Part shown: in pieces, positions 60,239-64,000 of the stretch
Layout of the letters: every line of letters begins with the position of its first letter
Numbering within the stretch: position 1 is the stretch's first letter
Notes under the pieces: model-generated
Databases searched by the model: none
The model's input: the letters and a program-made list of their open reading frames with translations, nothing else
Told to the model about the DNA's origin: nothing
Assembly (NCBI GenBank): GCA_020639115.1
Contig: JACKHG010000017.1
Location: 17,790 to 81,789, forward strand
Length of the DNA stretch: 64,000 nt
Direction of reading: 5' to 3'
Source of the DNA: Phycisphaerales bacterium
GTDB taxonomy: Bacteria; Planctomycetota; Phycisphaerae; UBA1845
Program-made: the position numbers and the translations under genes

Positions 60239-61216
60239 TCAGATGCCGGTCGGCCAGCTTCCGGTTTCGACGAGTTCAGCCGGACCGATCAAATGGGCGT
60301 GCCACTGATCGGGATCGTCCGGAATCAGGCACACGCAGACGCTGCCGCCCGGCTGGACGATCTCTGCCTCCAGCTCGGCCGCCCCCCGGACGACCGCCGC
60401 CGCCAGCGCGGCGCAGGCTCCGGTGCCGCAGGCGGGCGTCGGCCCGCTGCCCCGCTCCCACGGCCGCATGCGGAGGCGGGAGCGGTGTTCGACCGTAACG
60501 AAGTGGACGTTGACACGGTCCGGGAATATCGCGTGGCATTCGAGCGCCGGGCCGTAGGTGCCGAAGGGGAAGGCGTCGGTGTCGGGCACGAAGACGACGG
60601 CGTGGAGATTGCCGACCAGGACGCAGGTGACCTGCACGGTGGCACCCGCGGCGGTGAGCGGCACGTCCACCATGCGGTCGCCGTCGATGCGGGGCTGGGC
60701 GGGCCCGATTCCGTCGAGACGAAGGGTGGCCAACCCGGCGTGGACCGCCGCCACGATTACCGCCCCATCGCGCAGGAGTGCCGTGATCGTCTTGACCCCG
60801 CTGTCGGTTTCGACGGAGAGGCTGCGGACGGCGAGCGGCGCGTCCGCGGGCACGCCGCGTCCAGTCAGGGCCTGGGCGAACGCTCCGGCGAGCGGCGCGA
60901 GGCGCTCCGCCAGCGCCGCCAGGGGTGCCGCGGTCGATATGGTTTTACCAATGGCCGGGTCGTTGTCGAGGATCCACTTGGCCAGGGCGCGGGCGCCGTT
61001 GCCGCACATCGCGGCGCGGGAGCCGTCGGCGTTGTAGACGGTCATGCGCACGTCGGCGACGTCCGACGGGCCGTAGGTAATGAGGCCGTCGGCGCCGATC
61101 CCCCGCGGCGGAGGCGCCGCGACCGCCCGGGCGATTGCGGCAGGCTCGCCGGTGATTTCGCGGGAATCCGCGTAAATGTAGGCGTTCTGGCAGCCATGCA
61201 GCTTGGCGTACTTCAT
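60239..61216 (-). CDS. dapF: Diaminopimelate epimerase
   Basis: MKYAKLHGCQNAYIY..., with the two catalytic Cys motifs AMCGNGARA and PACGTGACA. Confidence 0.9.
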   Translation of the reverse strand: MKYAKLHGCQNAYIYADSREITGEPAAIARAVAAPPPRGIGADGLITYGPSDVADVRMTVYNADGSRAAMCGNGARALAKWILDNDPAIGKTISTAAPLAALAERLAPLAGAFAQALTGRGVPADAPLAVRSLSVETDSGVKTITALLRDGAVIVAAVHAGLATLRLDGIGPAQPRIDGDRMVDVPLTAAGATVQVTCVLVGNLHAVVFVPDTDAFPFGTYGPALECHAIFPDRVNVHFVTVEHRSRLRMRPWERGSGPTPACGTGACAALAAAVVRGAAELEAEIVQPGGSVCVCLIPDDPDQWHAHLIGPAELVETGSWPTGI

Positions 61217-61431
61217 GCCCCTATCGTACGGCCCGGAGGTCGGCTCGGATAGCCGCACGCCCGCAAGGTGAGCGTGGCTGGCGGATCGCGAACACGCCAG
61301 TGGAAGACAGGACTGGCGGAAGACAGGCTCCGTCGTGGGCGCAGTGCTGGCCGCGCAAAGGAGCGGCCCGGCTACTGGTGTAGCCGAGCCTGGCCCCGTC
61401 TCTCCCTACATGCTGAGCGCCCGGGAGCGAC

Positions 61432-61743
61432 TCAAGCTTGAATATCGAGATGCCCCGTGTCGCCGTCATCCGCGGCGGACTCGGCGGGGCGTTGCGTTTC
61501 GTCGTCACCGACCTCGGCGTCGGGCGCCCGGCCCTGGCTGCCCGCTCCCTCGGCGTCGGCAAACACCGCGGTGTCGAGGTCTTCGGCCTCGACGCTGTCG
61601 GCCTTGTCGACGCGGGCGGCCTGCTGCTGGGCGGCGCGCTGAGCCTGGGCGGAGCGGTCCGCGTCGCGCGACTTCGATGCCGCGGAGGACGCGAATCCCG
61701 CCTGAGCGGCGGCGCCAGCGATGTCCGGAGGGATCGCGGACAT
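61432..61743 (-). CDS. Small acidic, predicted-disordered protein downstream of fliA (function unknown)
   Basis: 103-aa ORF with strong GC3 bias. The composition is Ala/Asp/Gln/Ser-rich, with no Cys or Trp. It is in the same orientation as fliA, 207 nt downstream. Confidence 0.45.
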   Translation of the reverse strand: MSAIPPDIAGAAAQAGFASSAASKSRDADRSAQAQRAAQQQAARVDKADSVEAEDLDTAVFADAEGAGSQGRAPDAEVGDDETQRPAESAADDGDTGHLDIQA

Positions 61744-61949
61744 GGCACCCTATTCATCGGCCAATCCGCGGCGATTTCCGCAGGCGGCACGTCTCGGCCC
61801 CGCCGGCTGCCGCGCAATATGGCGCTGGCGGGACGTTCCATCCTACCAACCGCGACGGAAAAACGGATACGGTTTTTTCTGATTTAAGGCCGCGGCGCCG
61901 GGCGCCGGAGAACGCGATTTATCGGACGCGATCGCACAGCGCGGGCCCC

Positions 61950-62735
61950 CTAGAGGCGGGCGAGTTCGCGCGTGCGGTGCTGCAACTGCGTCTTGAGGCG
62001 CGTGATGATGGCCGAGTGCATCTGGCTCACGCGGCTCTCGGAAAGGTCGAGCGTGGCGCCAATCTCCTTCATGGTCATCTCTTCGTAGTAGTACAGGATG
62101 AGGATGAGGCGTTCGGCGCGGGTGAGTCCACGGGTGATCAGGGCCTTGAGATCGCGGCGCTGCACCTCGTTGACCGGGTTGCGGCCGCGCTTGTCCTCGA
62201 GCACGTCGATCTCGCAGACTTCGCGGTTGGAGTCGCTCTCGAAATGGCGGCGCGAGAGGGAGATCTGGGCGACGGCGGTCGCGTCGCGCATCAGGCGGCC
62301 GAGTTCCGCGCCGGAGACGTCGAGCCGCGCGGCGATCTCGCTTTCGGAGGGTGCGCGGCCGAGTTCCGCCTCGAGGGTGCGGGAGACCTTGTCGAGCCGG
62401 TGGGCCCGGCTGCGGACGAGGCGCGGCACCCAGTCCATGGCGCGGAGTTCGTCGAGGATGGCGCCGCGGACGCGGGGGGCGCAGTAGGTTTCGAACTTGA
62501 CGCCGCGGCCGAGGTCGAAGGCCTCGATGGCGTTGACGAGTCCGAAGATGCCGGCGGAGACGAGGTCGTTGACGTCCACCTCGTCGGGCAGTTTGGCGGC
62601 GATGCGCTCGGCGTTGTACTTCACGAGCGGGATGTAGATTTCCATCAGGCGGTTGCGGAGCACGGGGTCGTGCGTCTCGCGGTAGCGTCGCCAGAGTTCC
62701 GTCGTGTCGCTGCGGTTCATTCGAACAGCCGGCAT
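61950..62735 (-). CDS. fliA: Flagellar sigma factor FliA (sigma-28)
   Basis: The start MPAVRMN has AAGGAGGAG upstream. It reads ...LVKYNAERIAAKLP..., FETYCAPRVRGAILDELR, and the region 4 HTH LTRAERLILILYYYEEMTMKEIGATLDLSESRVSQMHS. Confidence 0.9.
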   Translation of the reverse strand: MPAVRMNRSDTTELWRRYRETHDPVLRNRLMEIYIPLVKYNAERIAAKLPDEVDVNDLVSAGIFGLVNAIEAFDLGRGVKFETYCAPRVRGAILDELRAMDWVPRLVRSRAHRLDKVSRTLEAELGRAPSESEIAARLDVSGAELGRLMRDATAVAQISLSRRHFESDSNREVCEIDVLEDKRGRNPVNEVQRRDLKALITRGLTRAERLILILYYYEEMTMKEIGATLDLSESRVSQMHSAIITRLKTQLQHRTRELARL

Positions 62736-62809
62736 CGCCACTCCTCCTTGAGTTGCTTTGCTCGTTGGACGGGATGGGGTCGCGCAGCCAGGGCAGCCGG
62801 CGGCGCGGG

Positions 62810-63103
62810 TCATTCCGTCACGGTCGTATCCACCGCAGCGCCGGCGGATTTCTCCGCGGATCCGGCGTTTGCGGCGCGTTCGCCGGCGGGCGAACGCAGT
62901 GCTTCTTCCTGGGCAGCGATGTATTCGTTGACCACTGCCTGGGCCGCCGCGCCAACGGCCAGCCCCACGATGCAGAAGATGGCGAGGGCCCACAGGGCGC
63001 GCGACACCACGACCAGCGGCGGGTTGCCCACCGCGAGACCGATGGTGGCGGCGACGCCGAACGCGAGGAGGCCGAGCATGCCGCCGGCGAAGCGCGCGAT
63101 CAT
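62810..63103 (-). CDS. Small two-helix membrane protein between flhG and fliA
   Basis: MIARFAGGMLGLLAFGVAATIGLAVG...ALWALAIFCIVGLAVGAAAQAVV is followed by an Ala/Glu-rich tail. The start is uncertain; the longest ORF runs to 63325. Confidence 0.45.
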   Translation of the reverse strand: MIARFAGGMLGLLAFGVAATIGLAVGNPPLVVVSRALWALAIFCIVGLAVGAAAQAVVNEYIAAQEEALRSPAGERAANAGSAEKSAGAAVDTTVTE

Positions 63104-63325
63104 GAGCGCGGCCTCCGCGCAGCAGCGCTCGATGCGGCGTGCGGCGCCTGTGAGTTTTCGGCTCGAACAGCGCAGGACATGCGTGTCGAGGCTCCTTCCT
63201 CTGCAACTTCTGCAGGTACGGCGCTCAACCTGCCTCCGTGCGGGTTGAGTCGGCAAGCCACACATCCGTGCGCGACCCGCCGAAGAGGATTTTCCGCCGC
63301 CGTCGCCGGCGATGGGAAATCCCAA

Positions 63326-64000
63326 CTAGGCGAACATGCCCGCGACGCGCCGCAGGAAATTCGGTGCGGTCCGCCGCGCCGCCCTGCCGCCCACCAGCCG
63401 GGCCGCGACGGCAGCCGCACAAATGCTGGCGCTGCACCGCGGATACTGGATGGCGAACGGACGACGCTGCCTCACGGCAAGTTCGACATGGGTATCATGC
63501 AACACGTATCCGGCGTCCGCAATGGCCTTGTCCAAAAAGTTTTCACAGACTTTGCGAAGCCGTTCACAAACCTCCCGCGCCTCCGCACGGGTTTCCACCA
63601 TATTGACCAAAACCCTAACAGAACCGTCGTAACCCCCGCAGAACAATGTCTTAACTGCAGCATACGCGTCGGTGATCGCCGTCGGCTCCGGCGTCGTCAC
63701 GACCAGCACCACGTCGGCCTGCTGCGCGAACGCCATCACGTTGACATCGATCCCCGCGGCGCAGTCGAGCAGCAGCACCTCGCCGGGAACGCGCGCGAGC
63801 AGCTCGATCATCCGGGCGCGTTCAATGGCATTGGCCGCGGGACCGGTCGCGCCCAGCGCGGCGGTCGCGAAACGCACGCCGCCGGCGGCCAACACGATGG
63901 CCTCGTCCAGCGCGCGGCGCCGCGCAAGCACGTCGCGCAGGTCGCATTCCGGCGCCGCGCCGAGCAGCACGTCCGCGTTGGCCAGACCCATATCGAGGTC
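63326..64000 (-). CDS. flhG: MinD/ParA-type ATPase FlhG (flagellar number regulator), 5' end off the window
   Basis: DLDMGLANADVLLG..., LLLDCAAGID and VVLVVTTPEPTAITDAYAAVK match the family. The C-terminal amphipathic helix NFLRRVAGMF is present. The frame is open to the window edge. Confidence 0.85.
   Translation of the reverse strand, partial: DLDMGLANADVLLGAAPECDLRDVLARRRALDEAIVLAAGGVRFATAALGATGPAANAIERARMIELLARVPGEVLLLDCAAGIDVNVMAFAQQADVVLVVTTPEPTAITDAYAAVKTLFCGGYDGSVRVLVNMVETRAEAREVCERLRKVCENFLDKAIADAGYVLHDTHVELAVRQRRPFAIQYPRCSASICAAAVAARLVGGRAARRTAPNFLRRVAGMFA

Overview
This is a high-GC bacterial chromosomal segment, roughly two-thirds G+C by eye. The gene content looks planctomycete-like (Phycisphaerae-type), which is inference only. 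Supporting signs are a PSP1-domain gene, a Minf_1886-like conserved gene, an ECF sigma factor paired with a Ser/Thr kinase-WD40 protein, and giant secreted proteins with DCNxNGxPDxC[ED] repeats and dockerin-like tails, plus flagellar genes. I call about 40 protein-coding genes. They include an ADP-ribosylglycohydrolase, two S8 subtilases, an S1 protease, a hybrid sensor kinase, tatA, PSP1, two thioredoxins and an LpxL-type acyltransferase. They also include an FlgI-like lipoprotein, an HNH endonuclease, a serpin, a 4HBT thioesterase, smc, parA, a VanZ-like protein and a dipeptide epimerase. The right end carries a flagellar/regulatory block: sensor kinase, two receivers, two flagellins, HDOD, dapF, fliA and flhG. 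I could not recognise any rRNA, tRNA, CRISPR array, transposase or integrase. Four points stand out. (1) Three tandem secreted proteins at 20.2-30.4 kb have unrelated N-terminal heads but share one 442-476 aa C-terminal module. Its roughly 65-aa dockerin-like tail recurs on two other proteins in the window. (2) A sharply bounded tract of about 4.8 kb (36.8-41.6 kb) has the 5' half of smc, the 5' third of parA and everything between them riddled with frameshifts and stops, and its GC is visibly lower. This is either an unpolished assembly patch or localized decay. (3) A divergent unit encodes an ECF sigma, a kinase with WD40 repeats and a secreted WD40 protein. (4) A secreted Tyr/Asp/Trp-rich protein carries a duplicated OB-like domain. 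Many long antisense ORFs in the track are GC-driven shadows and were rejected.
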